Source of the DNA: Gammaproteobacteria bacterium
GTDB lineage: Bacteria; Pseudomonadota; Gammaproteobacteria; Steroidobacterales; Rariloculaceae
DNA: 64,000 nucleotides
Assembly: GCA_035513215.1 (NCBI GenBank)
Contig: DATKCK010000106.1
Coordinates: 15,651-79,650, forward strand
Direction: 5' to 3'
Made by a program: the position numbers and the translations under genes. Positions within the stretch are counted from its first letter, which is position 1. The number at the start of each line of letters is the position of its first letter. Shown here piece by piece: positions 23,078 through 35,272 of the stretch. Under the pieces are notes generated by a model. It saw only the letters and a list, made by a program, of their open reading frames with translations. It was not told where the DNA came from and ran no database searches.

Positions 23078-23808
23078 GGCTCGGGCGCGGTTTGCTCGCC
23101 GTCGCCGCGCTTGCGGCCGGCGCGGCTCATGCCCAGCATGAGGCCGAGCTCGACCACGCGAACAACAACGTCGCCAATACTCCGTCGCTGCAGCGAGGCG
23201 CGCGGTATTTCGTGAACTATTGCCTGGGTTGCCATTCGGCGCAGTACGTGCGGTACAACCGGCTCGCTGAGGATTTGCAGCTCACCGAGGATCAGCTGCT
23301 GGAAAACCTAATGTTCACGGGCGAACGTCCGTTCGACACGATGAGCGTCGCGATGGGCTCGAACGATGCGGCGCGGTGGTTCGGCATCGCGCCGCCGGAT
23401 CTTTCGCTCGTCGCGCGCAGCCGCGGCGTGGACTACCTTTACACGTTCCTCCAGAGCTTCTACGTCGACGAATCGAGCCCGACCGGCGTCGATAATGTCG
23501 TGCTCGAGGGCACGGCCATGCCTCACGTGCTCTGGGAGCTGCAGGGCATTCAGGAAGCGGTCTATGAGCCTGACCCCGAGCACGAGGGCGAGGAAATCCG
23601 GGTGGGTCTGGAGCTCTCGAGTCCAGGAACTTTCAACCAAGAGGAATTCGACGAGGTCGTGCGCGATATCGTGAATTTTCTCGACTATATCGCCGAGCCG
23701 ATTCAGCTCAAGCGCCAGAGTCTCGGCATCCGGGTGATCGCATTCCTGCTCGTGCTTCTCCTGATTTCCTATATGCTAAAGCGAGAGATCTGGAAAGACG
23801 TTGACTAA
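23074..23808 (+). CDS. petC: cytochrome c1
   Basis: I trimmed the track ORF 22735-23808 to ATG 23074, which overlaps the petB stop as ATGA. Signal peptide MRLGRGLLAVAALAAGAAHA, heme motif CLGCHS, C-terminal TM anchor. Confidence 0.9.
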   Translation: MRLGRGLLAVAALAAGAAHAQHEAELDHANNNVANTPSLQRGARYFVNYCLGCHSAQYVRYNRLAEDLQLTEDQLLENLMFTGERPFDTMSVAMGSNDAARWFGIAPPDLSLVARSRGVDYLYTFLQSFYVDESSPTGVDNVVLEGTAMPHVLWELQGIQEAVYEPDPEHEGEEIRVGLELSSPGTFNQEEFDEVVRDIVNFLDYIAEPIQLKRQSLGIRVIAFLLVLLLISYMLKREIWKDVD

Positions 23809-23844
23809 CTGGATCTCGAACGGCTGTCTCACAAGGGCTCCTCA

Positions 23845-24474
23845 ATGGCGAACATGTCGCAACATCATTTCGTCATGACGCTTTTCTCCAAGCCCAACGA
23901 CCCCTGGAGCCATCGGACGCGTCTGGTCCTGGCGGAGAAGAGCATCAGTATCGATATCGTCGATGTCGACGACGGCAATCTGCCCGAGGACCTGCTCGAT
24001 CTCAATCCGTACAACAGCGTGCCGACACTCGTCGATCGGGACCTCGTCCTCTACGACTCCCGCGTCATCATCGAGTATCTCGATGAGCGGTTTCCGCACC
24101 CGCCGCTCATGCCGGTCGATCCGGTAACGCGGGCGCAATTCCGGCTGGCCTTGTACCGTATCGAGAAAGACTGGTATTCGCTGGCCGACGACATACTCGC
24201 TGCCGGCGATCGCAAGCCGCCGGCCCGCTCGGCGCGGGCGCTGGAGGAAAGCGTTCTGTCGAGCGTCGATATTTTCGCGGCCAAGACTTTCTTTCTGAGC
24301 GACGAGTTTTCCCTCGTCGACTGCACGATTGCGCCGATTCTGTGGCGGCTGCCGGCGTTCGGAATCTCGTTGCCCACGCGCGCAAAGCCGATTCGGAACT
24401 ACATGGACGAAGTTTTCTCGAGACCATCGTTTCAGGCGAGCCTGACCGATCAGGAGCAGGAGATCCGGCAGTAG
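23845..24474 (+). CDS. sspA: stringent starvation protein A (GST-like)
   Basis: 209 aa. GST-fold N-terminus (PYNSVPTLVDRDLVLYDSRVIIEYLDERFPHPPLMP). Paired with sspB downstream. Confidence 0.92.
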   Translation: MANMSQHHFVMTLFSKPNDPWSHRTRLVLAEKSISIDIVDVDDGNLPEDLLDLNPYNSVPTLVDRDLVLYDSRVIIEYLDERFPHPPLMPVDPVTRAQFRLALYRIEKDWYSLADDILAAGDRKPPARSARALEESVLSSVDIFAAKTFFLSDEFSLVDCTIAPILWRLPAFGISLPTRAKPIRNYMDEVFSRPSFQASLTDQEQEIRQ

Positions 24475-24493
24475 AGGATCTGAAGCATCGTCC

Positions 24494-25469
<976 letters not shown>

Positions 25470-25841
25470 TCAAGCTGCGTCGAAAGCATTCCTGACCCAT
25501 TGGATCTCGGGCTTCCCCGAATCGATTCGGTCGATTGCCACGACGTCGAAGCGAATGCGCCGAGAGAACCATTTCGGATTTCGCATCAGAAAATGCCGGG
25601 TTGCGTTGATGATTCGGCGCTGCTTGCGGAAGCTGACAGTCTCGATCGCCGTGCCCCCGCGTCCGCGGGCGCGAACCTCGATGATGACGAGCACGTTCCC
25701 GTCGACGCCGACGAGGTCGATCTCGCCCAATCGGCAACGGTAACCTCGCTCGATGATACGGATGCCGCGAGCGGCAAGAAACCGGGCGGCGCGCGCTTCC
25801 CAGGCCTGGCCCAGGGTCAGCGCGTCGACGCCGGGACTCAT
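25470..25841 (-). CDS. yraN: YraN family (UPF0102) endonuclease-like protein
   Basis: 123 aa. GEIDLVGVDGNVLVIIEVRAR and RFDVVAI, typical of UPF0102. Confidence 0.85.
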   Translation of the reverse strand: MSPGVDALTLGQAWEARAARFLAARGIRIIERGYRCRLGEIDLVGVDGNVLVIIEVRARGRGGTAIETVSFRKQRRIINATRHFLMRNPKWFSRRIRFDVVAIDRIDSGKPEIQWVRNAFDAA

Positions 25842-27586
25842 CGTGAGCTGAAGAAGCCGAGCGTCGCCGTCAGAGGCTCGGGACGTCCGTCCCGAAACTC
25901 GGCGAATGGCAGGTCGCGCCGGATTCGGCCGTTGTCGCCGAGGTAGAGATCGCCGGTCGCCCCCGACATCGGCCAGCGCGCATTCCCGGCCGAAGCCAGC
26001 GCGCCGACGAGCCCGTAGGCGTCATAGCCGAAAGCGAAGAGTCGCTTCCATTGCTCGGCATTGACCGGCGTGAATTCGCCGAGTCGCGCCGCGGCCGCGC
26101 GCCCGCTGCCGGCCGGATCAATGAGCAGCGGCAGCTCCGGAAAGATCAGGCCATTGAGATCGGCGTCCGCGCCGGTGCGCGTCGGATCGAAAACCTCTGA
26201 CAGGGCATAGGTCGGAATATCGCCCGCCCCGTTGTCGCGGAGCAGCGGGACGAGCAGGCGCCCGACGGCAGGCTCGGCCTGAAGAAAGATCATGTCGATG
26301 TCGGCCCGCCGCCGCGGCTCGAACTCGACCGCCCGGCCCAGATCCGACTGTAGCCGGTTGCGACGGCCCTCGCTCGTGGTGATGTTGAGCAACTGCTCGA
26401 TCGGCGTCTGGAACGTTTGCCGATCCTGGTCGCTGACGTATGCGGACTGGCTGATGACGCGCCCGCCGCGCGCCTCGAACGCATCGCGGAACGCGCTCCC
26501 GAGCCGGTAGCCGCGTTCCGTGCTCGAGATCAGGACGACCGCGGTCTCATGCCCATTCGCGATCGCGCGCGCGGCGATCGCCTCGACCTCGTCGTCCGAC
26601 GATAGCGCGAACTGATAGAAGTTCGGCGCCGCGGTGAGTTCCGAGGTTCCGAGATTCAGCGCCAGCGTCGGAACGAAGCCGGCCTGTCTTTGCACCTGCA
26701 CAACCTCTTCCGGCAGCAATGGTCCGACGACGAAATCGGCACCCTCGAGCTGCGCCGTCAGGAAGCTCTCGACGCCGCCGCGTTGCGCCGTGTCATAAAC
26801 CTGGACGGTGCGCTGCTCCGCCATTCCGCTATCGAAGTGGTGGGCGAAGAATCCCTCGAGGACGGCACGCGCCTGCCCGCGCCTTTCGATCGAGCCGAGC
26901 GGCAGCAGCAGCGCGACCCTGTCGGCGCGCAAGGTTTCGCCGCGTCGCGCGGCGAGACTCTCGGCGAGAACGCTGCCGGCTGCCGGGTGGTTCGGAAACT
27001 CCTCGCGCCAGGCGACGAGCGCTTCGAGCAGCTCTCCGCTGTCTTCGGTCAATCCGGTCAGTGGCGTCAATGCCAGCCAGCCATCGATCATCGAATCGCC
27101 GGTTCTGAGCCGCGCGGCGGAGGCGCTGGCAGGCAGGCTGAGGCCATCCCAGATCGTCGCGTGATTCTCCCGTAGCTCGGCCGGCGACTCGAGCCAGATC
27201 TCACGCTCGACGAGCAGCGTGACGGCTTCGACGGTGCGGCCCAGGCGGAACAGCGCCAACGCGCGGACCAAGGAGCGCTCCGATTCCAGCGAGGTCGTTG
27301 ACGGACCCGCGATCGCATCGAGCTCGGCCAGAGCCAGCTCGGCATTGCCGAGCTCGACCTCGGCGCGCGCGAGTCCGAGCCGGAAGCGATCCCGCTCCAT
27401 GCCCTGGCTTCGCGCTACGAGCCCGGCATAGAGATCGCGCGCCGCGGCCGCGTCGCCGAGCCGAAGCGCCTCGGCTGCGCGCGCCTCGCGGGCGTCGGAG
27501 TCAACGGGGGCAACGACGGGCGCGCCGGTGCAGGCGGCGAGCAGCGCGGCAGCCAGGGCCGCTAAACTGGCGATTCGGAGTCTCAT
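25838..27586 (-). CDS. lpoA: penicillin-binding protein activator LpoA (outer-membrane lipoprotein)
   Basis: 582 aa. Lipobox LLAAC. N-terminal TPR-like region, then a periplasmic-binding-protein-like C-terminal domain. Conserved position next to yraN and divergent from rsmI. Confidence 0.8.
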   Translation of the reverse strand: MRLRIASLAALAAALLAACTGAPVVAPVDSDAREARAAEALRLGDAAAARDLYAGLVARSQGMERDRFRLGLARAEVELGNAELALAELDAIAGPSTTSLESERSLVRALALFRLGRTVEAVTLLVEREIWLESPAELRENHATIWDGLSLPASASAARLRTGDSMIDGWLALTPLTGLTEDSGELLEALVAWREEFPNHPAAGSVLAESLAARRGETLRADRVALLLPLGSIERRGQARAVLEGFFAHHFDSGMAEQRTVQVYDTAQRGGVESFLTAQLEGADFVVGPLLPEEVVQVQRQAGFVPTLALNLGTSELTAAPNFYQFALSSDDEVEAIAARAIANGHETAVVLISSTERGYRLGSAFRDAFEARGGRVISQSAYVSDQDRQTFQTPIEQLLNITTSEGRRNRLQSDLGRAVEFEPRRRADIDMIFLQAEPAVGRLLVPLLRDNGAGDIPTYALSEVFDPTRTGADADLNGLIFPELPLLIDPAGSGRAAAARLGEFTPVNAEQWKRLFAFGYDAYGLVGALASAGNARWPMSGATGDLYLGDNGRIRRDLPFAEFRDGRPEPLTATLGFFSSR

Positions 27587-27610
27587 TAATATGCAAGCTA
27601 AGCAAAACCG

Positions 27611-28453
27611 GTGACAAATTCCAGCTCAGAATCGGCCGGAATGCTTTATGTCATTGCGACGCCGATCGGCAACCTGGCGGACCTCGGATCGCGCGCAAGG
27701 GATGTGCTCGATGCCGTCGATCTGGTCGTCGCCGAGGATACTCGTCGCGCGGGCCGGCTGCTTGCGCATCTCGGCCTCAAGAAGAAGCTCGTGTCGCTGC
27801 ATGAGCACAACGAGGACGAGCAGACGCCGAAGCTTCTGGCGGAGCTCGAACGCGGCCGCCGGCTCGCGCTGATCTCGGATGCCGGCACGCCGCTCATCAG
27901 CGATCCGGGTCTGAAGCTCGTGGCCGGCGCGAGGGCCAGGCGCCTGACGGTCGTCGGCATTCCCGGTGCCTCGGCTGTGACCGCCGCGCTCAGTGTCGCG
28001 GGCCTGCCGACCGATCGTTTCGTTTTCGAGGGATTCCTGCCGCGCCGACAGAAGCAGCGGCGCGCGCGCCTGGAGGCCCTGGCCCCGGAGTCGAGAACGC
28101 TCGTGTTCTTCGAGGCCGTGCACCGGATCGAAGCCACTCTCGACGACATGATCGAAGCGTTCGGCCCGCAGCGAAGGGCCGTGCTCGCGCGCGAGCTGAC
28201 CAAGCTGCACGAGCAGGTTCTCGACGGAGCGCTTGGCGAGATACGCGCGGCGCTCGGTGTCGGCATGCCGCTGCTCGGCGAGTTCGTCATCGTCGTCGCC
28301 GGAACCGACGAGAGTCCGAGGGCGGGCGACGACGAGGTCAGGCATCTGTACCGGCTCCTCGTCGCGGAGATTGCGCCATCGCGCGCGGTCGCCCTTTGCG
28401 CCCGGATCACGGGCCGGTCGCGCAACGAGGTCTATGCCCTGACCCGGGCCTGA
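27611..28453 (+). CDS. rsmI: 16S rRNA (cytidine1402-2'-O)-methyltransferase
   Basis: 280 aa. LYVIATPIGNLADL, VAEDTR, ISDAGTPLISDPG, GASA. The start may be ATG 27641 rather than GTG 27611. Confidence 0.93.
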   Translation: MTNSSSESAGMLYVIATPIGNLADLGSRARDVLDAVDLVVAEDTRRAGRLLAHLGLKKKLVSLHEHNEDEQTPKLLAELERGRRLALISDAGTPLISDPGLKLVAGARARRLTVVGIPGASAVTAALSVAGLPTDRFVFEGFLPRRQKQRRARLEALAPESRTLVFFEAVHRIEATLDDMIEAFGPQRRAVLARELTKLHEQVLDGALGEIRAALGVGMPLLGEFVIVVAGTDESPRAGDDEVRHLYRLLVAEIAPSRAVALCARITGRSRNEVYALTRA

Positions 28454-28487
28454 TCGCGGCCGCGGCACTAGCGGCTGTTCTGGCCTC

Positions 28488-28493
28488 TATAAT
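28488..28493 (+). promoter_or_regulatory. candidate -10 hexamer (TATAAT) for rnpB
   Basis: A perfect TATAAT 6-7 nt upstream of the predicted 5' end of RNase P RNA. The -35 is poor. Confidence 0.5.
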
Positions 28494-28498
28494 GGCGG

Positions 28499-28840
28499 CG
28501 GGAGTCGGCCGAGCAGTCGCCGGGAGCAATCCCGGAGGAAAGTCCGGGCTCCATTGGGCAAGGTGCCAGGTAACACCTGGGGGGCGTGAGCCCACGGCCA
28601 GTGCAACAGAAAGCATACCGCCGGATCCGTCCGGTAAGGGTGAAATGGTGCGGTAAGAGCGCACCGCGCTCGTGGCAACACTGAGCGGCAGGGTAAACCC
28701 CACCTGGAGCAAGACCGAATAGGGAAGCGTTGAGTGTGCCCACACGAGCTTCCGGGTAGGTCGCTCGAGGCGTCCGGAGACGGGCGCCCCAGATGAATGA
28801 CTGCTCTCGACAGAACCCGGCTTACAGGCCGACTCCCTTT
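28499..28840 (+). ncRNA. rnpB: RNase P RNA, bacterial type A
   Basis: Universally conserved blocks are present in the correct order: GGAGGAAAGTCCGGGCTCCA, ACAGAAAGCATACCGCC, GGTAAGGGTGAAA, GGTAAACCCCACC, AGATGAATGACTGC, ACAGAACCCGGCTTA. The P1 pairing is GGGAGTCGGCC...GGCCGACTCCC. The ends are approximate (+/- 3 nt). The track ORFs 28407-28745(-) and 28487-29029(-) over this region are spurious. Confidence 0.92.
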
Positions 28841-28843
28841 CTT

Positions 28844-28860
28844 TCGGGGTCTGACCCCGA
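28844..28860 (+). terminator. short hairpin just downstream of rnpB (possible 3' end / terminator)
   Basis: TCGGGG-TCTGA-CCCCGA directly follows a TTTCTT run. There is no U-tract after the stem, so this is weak. Confidence 0.3.
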
Positions 28861-28933
28861 TACTCCTCCTCACACCGTCGCCGGGCTGCGACACTAACCT
28901 ACTGTCAATCAAAGGGAAATCTTCCGGTTCTCG

Positions 28934-28963
28934 TTGACACCGGGCCCTGGCAGTCCCTATAGT
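28934..28963 (+). promoter_or_regulatory. sigma-70 promoter of the dcw cluster (Pmra)
   Basis: TTGACA (28934-28939), an 18-bp spacer, then TATAGT (28958-28963). Located about 50 nt upstream of the mraZ ATG. Confidence 0.65.
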
Positions 28964-28971
28964 GCGACGAG

Positions 28972-28996
28972 GTGGAGAAAAGTGGGGAAAAGTGGG
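28972..28996 (+). promoter_or_regulatory. three phased GTGGR boxes, candidate MraZ operator
   Basis: GTGGAgaaaaGTGGGgaaaaGTGGG: three direct repeats with exact 10-bp periodicity, immediately downstream of the -10. This matches the published E. coli arrangement of MraZ-binding GTGGG repeats at Pmra. Confidence 0.65.
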
Positions 28997-29010
28997 TCTT
29001 TTAGTTTCGG

Positions 29011-29466
29011 ATGTTTCGCGGTCCCTCAAAAGTCACCTTGGATGCCAAGGGACGGCTGGCCATACCGAGCCGCCATCGCGAGCGCATCTTAACGCGCGCG
29101 GGCGGCCTGCTGGTAGCGACCGTCGACCGTGACTATTGCCTGCTGATCTACCCGTTACCCGAGTGGGAGGAGATCGAACGCAAGCTCGTGCGCCTGCCGT
29201 CTCTGCATAAGGACGCGCGCAAGCTGCAGCGATTGATGCTCGGGTACGCCACCGAACTAGAAATGGACAACCAGGGACGCATTCTTCTGCCCCGCGAGCT
29301 CAGGGAGTTCGCCGGGCTCGAGCAAAAGGCCATGCTGATCGGTCAGGGCAACAAGCTCGAGCTTTGGGATGAGGAGCGGTGGAACGAACGCCGCGATGAA
29401 TGGTTGGCCGGGGGCGACAGCGATTACAAGGATCTGCCTGCAGAGCTCGAGTCACTGTCGTTGTAA
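29011..29466 (+). CDS. mraZ: transcriptional regulator MraZ
   Basis: 151 aa. MFRGPSKVTLDAKGRLAIPSRHR, and a second SpoVT-AbrB-like repeat with DNQGRILLP. Confidence 0.95.
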   Translation: MFRGPSKVTLDAKGRLAIPSRHRERILTRAGGLLVATVDRDYCLLIYPLPEWEEIERKLVRLPSLHKDARKLQRLMLGYATELEMDNQGRILLPRELREFAGLEQKAMLIGQGNKLELWDEERWNERRDEWLAGGDSDYKDLPAELESLSL

Positions 29467-29483
29467 CAGGCCTGGGTGCGGCC

Positions 29484-30428
29484 ATGGTTAAGCATCAGCC
29501 GGTGCTCGCGACCGAGGCGCTGGCTGGTTTGGCGGTAATAAGAGATGGCTGCTACGTGGATGGCACGTACGGACGTGGGGGGCATAGCGCGGCGATTCTC
29601 GCAGAACTCGGAGCGGCGGGCAGGCTGCTCGCGCTCGACAAGGACCCCGATGCCGTCGCCGACGCGAGGCAGCGGTTTCGGGACGATTTTCGGTTCGCAA
29701 TCAGGCATGCGGGTTACGAGGACATGCTGCGTGTCGCCGGCGAAGAGCTTGGCGACCGCGCTGTCCTCGGCGTTTTGCTCGATCTCGGCGTCTCGTCGCC
29801 GCAGCTCGAAGATCCCGCAAGAGGGTTCAGCTTTCGAATTTCAGGCCCTCTCGATATGCGAATGAACACGAGTCGGGGCGTGACGGCCGCCGAATGGCTC
29901 GGCAAGGTCAGCGAGGAGGAGCTGGCCGCGGTGCTGAGGCGCTTCGGCGAGGAGCCGAAAGCCGGCCGGATCGCCAGGGCCATCGTCGCCGCAAGAGCCA
30001 GACAGCCGATAACGACGACGGCCGAGCTTGCGGACATCGTCGAGCGGGCCGCTCCCGGCCGCGGGAGACGCAGGATACACCCGGCAACCCGCGCCTTTCA
30101 GGCGATTCGAATCGCCGTCAACGACGAGCTCGCGGCGCTAGAGTGCGGGCTCGATGCCGCGGTCGAGCTCCTCGCCGCGGGCGGGCGGCTCGTCGTCATC
30201 AGCTTCCATTCGCTCGAGGACCGGATCGTCAAGCGGTTCATCGTCCGCGAGTCGCGGGGCGATCCCGTTTACGCCGGCCTGCCCGAGATGCCACCGGCGG
30301 CGCGACCGCGCCTCAGACCCGTCGGCGGCCTGGTCCGGCCCGGTCCCGCGGAGCTCGAATCGAACCCGAGATCACGCAGCGCCCGGCTGCGCGTCGCCGA
30401 GAAGCTAGCCGGGGAGCCGGCCCGATGA
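29484..30428 (+). CDS. rsmH: 16S rRNA (cytosine1402-N4)-methyltransferase
   Basis: I trimmed the track ORF 29400-30428 to ATG 29484 (MVKHQPVLATEAL). YVDGTYGRGGHS, LLDLGVSSPQLED, GFSF, DMRM, SFHSLEDR. Confidence 0.95.
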   Translation: MVKHQPVLATEALAGLAVIRDGCYVDGTYGRGGHSAAILAELGAAGRLLALDKDPDAVADARQRFRDDFRFAIRHAGYEDMLRVAGEELGDRAVLGVLLDLGVSSPQLEDPARGFSFRISGPLDMRMNTSRGVTAAEWLGKVSEEELAAVLRRFGEEPKAGRIARAIVAARARQPITTTAELADIVERAAPGRGRRRIHPATRAFQAIRIAVNDELAALECGLDAAVELLAAGGRLVVISFHSLEDRIVKRFIVRESRGDPVYAGLPEMPPAARPRLRPVGGLVRPGPAELESNPRSRSARLRVAEKLAGEPAR

Positions 30429-30706
30429 GGCTCGCCATCCTGGAGATCATGCTTGCCGTAGTTTTGCTCGGCGGCATCGTCAGCACCGGCATGGCGCTCG
30501 TGTCGACGACCCACGAGTCGCGGCGACTGTTCCGCGAGGTCGAGCTGCTGCGGCGGGAGCAGGACCGCTTGCGAGACGAGTGGAGCGCGCTGACACTCGA
30601 GGTATCGCATCTTGCAGGCCACGCCCGAATCGATGAGATCGCGCGCGATGAGCTCGGACTCGTCGAGCCCGATGCGGGCCGGCTCTACGTCGAGGTCGCC
30701 CCTTGA
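30425..30706 (+). CDS. ftsL: cell division protein FtsL
   Basis: 93 aa, embedded in track ORF 29894-30706. ATG 30425 overlaps the rsmH stop as ATGA. A single TM (ILEIMLAVVLLGGIVSTGMALV) followed by a leucine-zipper-like coiled coil. Canonical position between rsmH and ftsI. Confidence 0.85.
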   Translation: MRLAILEIMLAVVLLGGIVSTGMALVSTTHESRRLFREVELLRREQDRLRDEWSALTLEVSHLAGHARIDEIARDELGLVEPDAGRLYVEVAP

Positions 30707-32442
30707 ACCGCCGTCGCCACAAGGCGAAGCCCGTCATGCCGGCGTGGCGTCCGAAGCTGCTGCTCGGGCTCTTCGCGCTCGTCGCCGTGACGCTCGAGGC
30801 ACGTCTCGTCTGGCTGCAGCTCTTTCAGGGGGACTTCCTCGCTGCCGAAGGCAATGAGCGTCAGCTGCGTGTCGTCGAGATGCCGGCCCACCGGGGCCTC
30901 CTGCTCGACCGACATGGCGAGCCGCTTGCGGTCAGCACGCCGGTCGAAAGTTTGTTCGTCGATCCGCAAAGGGTCCCGCTCGATCGGATCGGCGAGCTTG
31001 CCCGGCCGCTCGGCCGCGATGCCGACGTTCTCGAGCGCGAAATCACGAGCCGCCAGGATCGTGAATTCTACTGGCTCGCGCGTAGGCTCGCCCCGGGCGA
31101 TGCCGCCGAGGTTCTCGATCTCGGTATCGAAGGCGTATCGACGCGACGCGAGTACAAGCGCTACTACCCGCAACACGAGGTCACCTGTCACCTTCTCGGC
31201 TTTACCGGCGACGAGGATATCGGTCAGGAAGGGCTCGAATTCGCACTGGATGCTCGCCTGGCCGCCGAGCCCGGCAGCAAGCTCGTTCAGCGCGACCGGC
31301 GCGGCCGATACATTGCCGACGTCGAGGAGATCGACCCGCCGCGACCCGGGCGCGACATCCGCACCAGCATCGATCTGCGTCTGCAGTGGCCGGCCTATCG
31401 CGCGCTGAAGGCGGCCGTGCTTGCGAGCGAGGCGAGCTCCGGATCGCTCGTCGTGCTCGATGTCGAGACTGGCGAAGTGCTGGCGATGGTCAATCAGCCG
31501 ACCTGCAACCCGAACGATCCTGGGCAGCGGGCCGAACCCTGGCGGTTCCGGAATCGTGCAATCACCGATCCGGTCGAGCCGGGATCGGCGATCAAGCCGC
31601 TGATTCTGGCCGCGGCGCTCGACTCCGGTTACACGCCGGAAACGCTGATCGATGTGCCGAAGGTCCTCTACGTCGCCGGGCAGGACGTGACGCGCGACGA
31701 TAACGGGCCGCTCGGCGTCGTCACCGTCACCGAGATACTGGCGCGATCGAGCAGCGTTGGCATGGGTCTCATCGGGCTCGAGCTCGATCGCGCCGATATC
31801 TGGCGAACGCTCAAGGCTTTCGGAATCGGGGAATGGACCGGCAACGGCGAGTCGGTCGGCAACGTGCTCGGCAGGCTCGAGTCGCCCGGCAAGCTCGAGG
31901 ACTACGAGCACTGGGGCCAGGTGGGGCAGGCGACGCTTTCGTACGGCTACCGGCTCTCGGTCACGTCGCTGCAGCTCGCCCGCGCCTACGCCGCGATCGG
32001 CTCGGGGGGCCTCCTCCCGCCCGTCTCGTTCGAAGCCCTGACCGAGCCGCCGAAGCGTGTCCGCGCGATCAGTCCCGAGATTGCGGCCGACCTCATGACG
32101 ATGCTCGAGGCCGTTGTCTATTCCGAAGGCGCCACGGCGGCGCGCGCCGACATTCCGAACTATCGCAGTGCCGGCAAGACGGGCACCGCCCGCATGCTCG
32201 AAGCGGGCGAGTATTCGAACGACAAGTATCGCGCGATCTTCGCCGGGCTCGCGCCGGCCAGCCGGCCGCGCTTCGTGGCCGTCGTCGTGATCAGCGACCC
32301 GCGCAGCGAGGCCTATCACGGCGGCGACGTGGCCGCGCCGGTCTTCGCCAAGGTCATGAGCGCGGCGTTGCGGATCTACGGCATCGCGCCCGACGCGGCT
32401 GCCGAGCCGGTGCTGATCTCCCGCGCCGAGGATCCGCGATGA
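30703..32442 (+). CDS. ftsI: peptidoglycan D,D-transpeptidase FtsI (PBP3)
   Basis: 579 aa. N-terminal TM, PBP dimerisation domain, and the transpeptidase motifs SAIKP (SxxK), SSS/SxN region and KTGTA. Confidence 0.95.
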   Translation: MNRRRHKAKPVMPAWRPKLLLGLFALVAVTLEARLVWLQLFQGDFLAAEGNERQLRVVEMPAHRGLLLDRHGEPLAVSTPVESLFVDPQRVPLDRIGELARPLGRDADVLEREITSRQDREFYWLARRLAPGDAAEVLDLGIEGVSTRREYKRYYPQHEVTCHLLGFTGDEDIGQEGLEFALDARLAAEPGSKLVQRDRRGRYIADVEEIDPPRPGRDIRTSIDLRLQWPAYRALKAAVLASEASSGSLVVLDVETGEVLAMVNQPTCNPNDPGQRAEPWRFRNRAITDPVEPGSAIKPLILAAALDSGYTPETLIDVPKVLYVAGQDVTRDDNGPLGVVTVTEILARSSSVGMGLIGLELDRADIWRTLKAFGIGEWTGNGESVGNVLGRLESPGKLEDYEHWGQVGQATLSYGYRLSVTSLQLARAYAAIGSGGLLPPVSFEALTEPPKRVRAISPEIAADLMTMLEAVVYSEGATAARADIPNYRSAGKTGTARMLEAGEYSNDKYRAIFAGLAPASRPRFVAVVVISDPRSEAYHGGDVAAPVFAKVMSAALRIYGIAPDAAAEPVLISRAEDPR

Positions 32443-33907
32443 TGGCGGCGGTCGTCGCTGCGATGACGCTCGGCGAGCTTTTGGGATCCGCCGCCGGCGC
32501 GCATGAGCGTATCACCGTGACCGATCTCGTCAGCGACAGTCGCGAGGTCACACCCGGCGCTGCTTTCATTGCGCTCGCAGGCCACCGCAGTCACGGTCTC
32601 GACCATGCAGCCGAGGCGCTCGCTGCCGGCGCGAGCATCGTCGTCTACGAGCCGCCTGCCGGAGGCGTGGACGTGCCCGCGCCGTCGCTCGCCCTGCCCG
32701 GGCTGACGCGCAGGCTCGGTGAGCTCGGGCGAAAGTTCTATGGGCGCCGGCGCCCGCCCGACGGGCTCGTCGGGGTAACGGGCACGAACGGCAAGACCAC
32801 GGTCGCATGGCTCATCGCCTCGGCCCTGACGACGCTCGGCGAGCCTTGCGCCTACCTCGGAACGCTCGGCTACGGCGTCGGCGGGGCGCTGAAGCCGCAG
32901 TCGCTGACGACGCCCGATTGCCTGAGCCTGCATCGGAAGCTCGCGGAGCTCGGCACGCCGCGAGCTGCGCTTGAAATCTCGTCGCACGCGATCGCGCAGG
33001 ACCGCATCGCGGGTCTCGGCATCGAGGGCGCCGTATTCACGAACTTAAGCCACGATCATCTCGACTGGCACGGCTCGATGGGCGCCTATTTTGAGACCAA
33101 GGCGAAGCTCTTCGATCGCGACGGCTTGAAGTTCGCCGTCGTCAACTCGGGCGACGCCTACGGCCAAAAGCTCCTCGCCCGGATCGCACCGTCGGCGCGT
33201 CGCATATCGGTCAGGCTCGACGACACCGCCTCCGCTGATCTGACGGCTAGGTGCGAGAGCCGCGGATTCGCGGGGCAGATCCTGAACGTCTCTGGCAGCC
33301 GAGGCGTGGCCCGTATCGAGTCGCCGCTGATCGGCGAGTTCAATGCCGAGAACCTGATGCTTGCGTTTGCTGCGGCCGTTGCCGCCGGTCACGATTTCGA
33401 AAGGGCGGCCGCCGCGCTGTCCAAGGCCGCGGCGCCGCCCGGTCGCATGGAGGTCTTCGGCGGGCCGCCCGCTCGCCCGTGGGTGATCGTCGACTATGCG
33501 CACACGCCGGCCGCGCTGGCGCGCGCGCTCGCGGCGGCCGTGGCCATGAAATCGGGCGATCTGACCTGCGTTTTCGGCTGCGGCGGCGACCGCGATCGTG
33601 ACAAGCGAGCGCCGATGGGCCGGGCCGCGGCCGACAACGCCGATCACATCGTGCTGACCGACGACAATCCTAGAGGCGAGGATCCGGCCGCGATCGTCGC
33701 CGCCATCGCGGCCGGAGCCGCCGGCCACCGGGACGTTCGGATCGAGCACGCCAGAGATCTTGCCATCGAAGGCGCCATCCGCCGCGCGCGACCGGGCGAC
33801 GTCGTCCTCGTCGCGGGCAAAGGCCACGAGACGCGGCAGCTCGCGCGGGGTGAATCGCGGCCGTTCGACGACAGGGCCGTGGTTCGAAGCGTTCTGGAGG
33901 GCGGGGG

Positions 33908-33911
<4 letters not shown>
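32439..33911 (+). CDS. murE: UDP-N-acetylmuramoyl-L-alanyl-D-glutamate--2,6-diaminopimelate ligase
   Basis: I trimmed the track ORF 31833-33911 to ATG 32439, which overlaps the ftsI stop. GVTGTNGKTT, and the DNPR motif (TDDNPRGEDP) characteristic of DAP-adding MurE. Confidence 0.95.

Positions 33912-35265
<1,354 letters not shown>

Positions 35266-35272
<7 letters not shown>

Noticed and set aside
28407-29029. Minus-strand ORFs of 112, 91 and 180 aa covering 28407-29029.
   Set aside because: The region is occupied by the RNase P RNA gene (all conserved type-A blocks are present on the plus strand) and the Pmra promoter. The ORFs are by-products of the GC-rich structured RNA.
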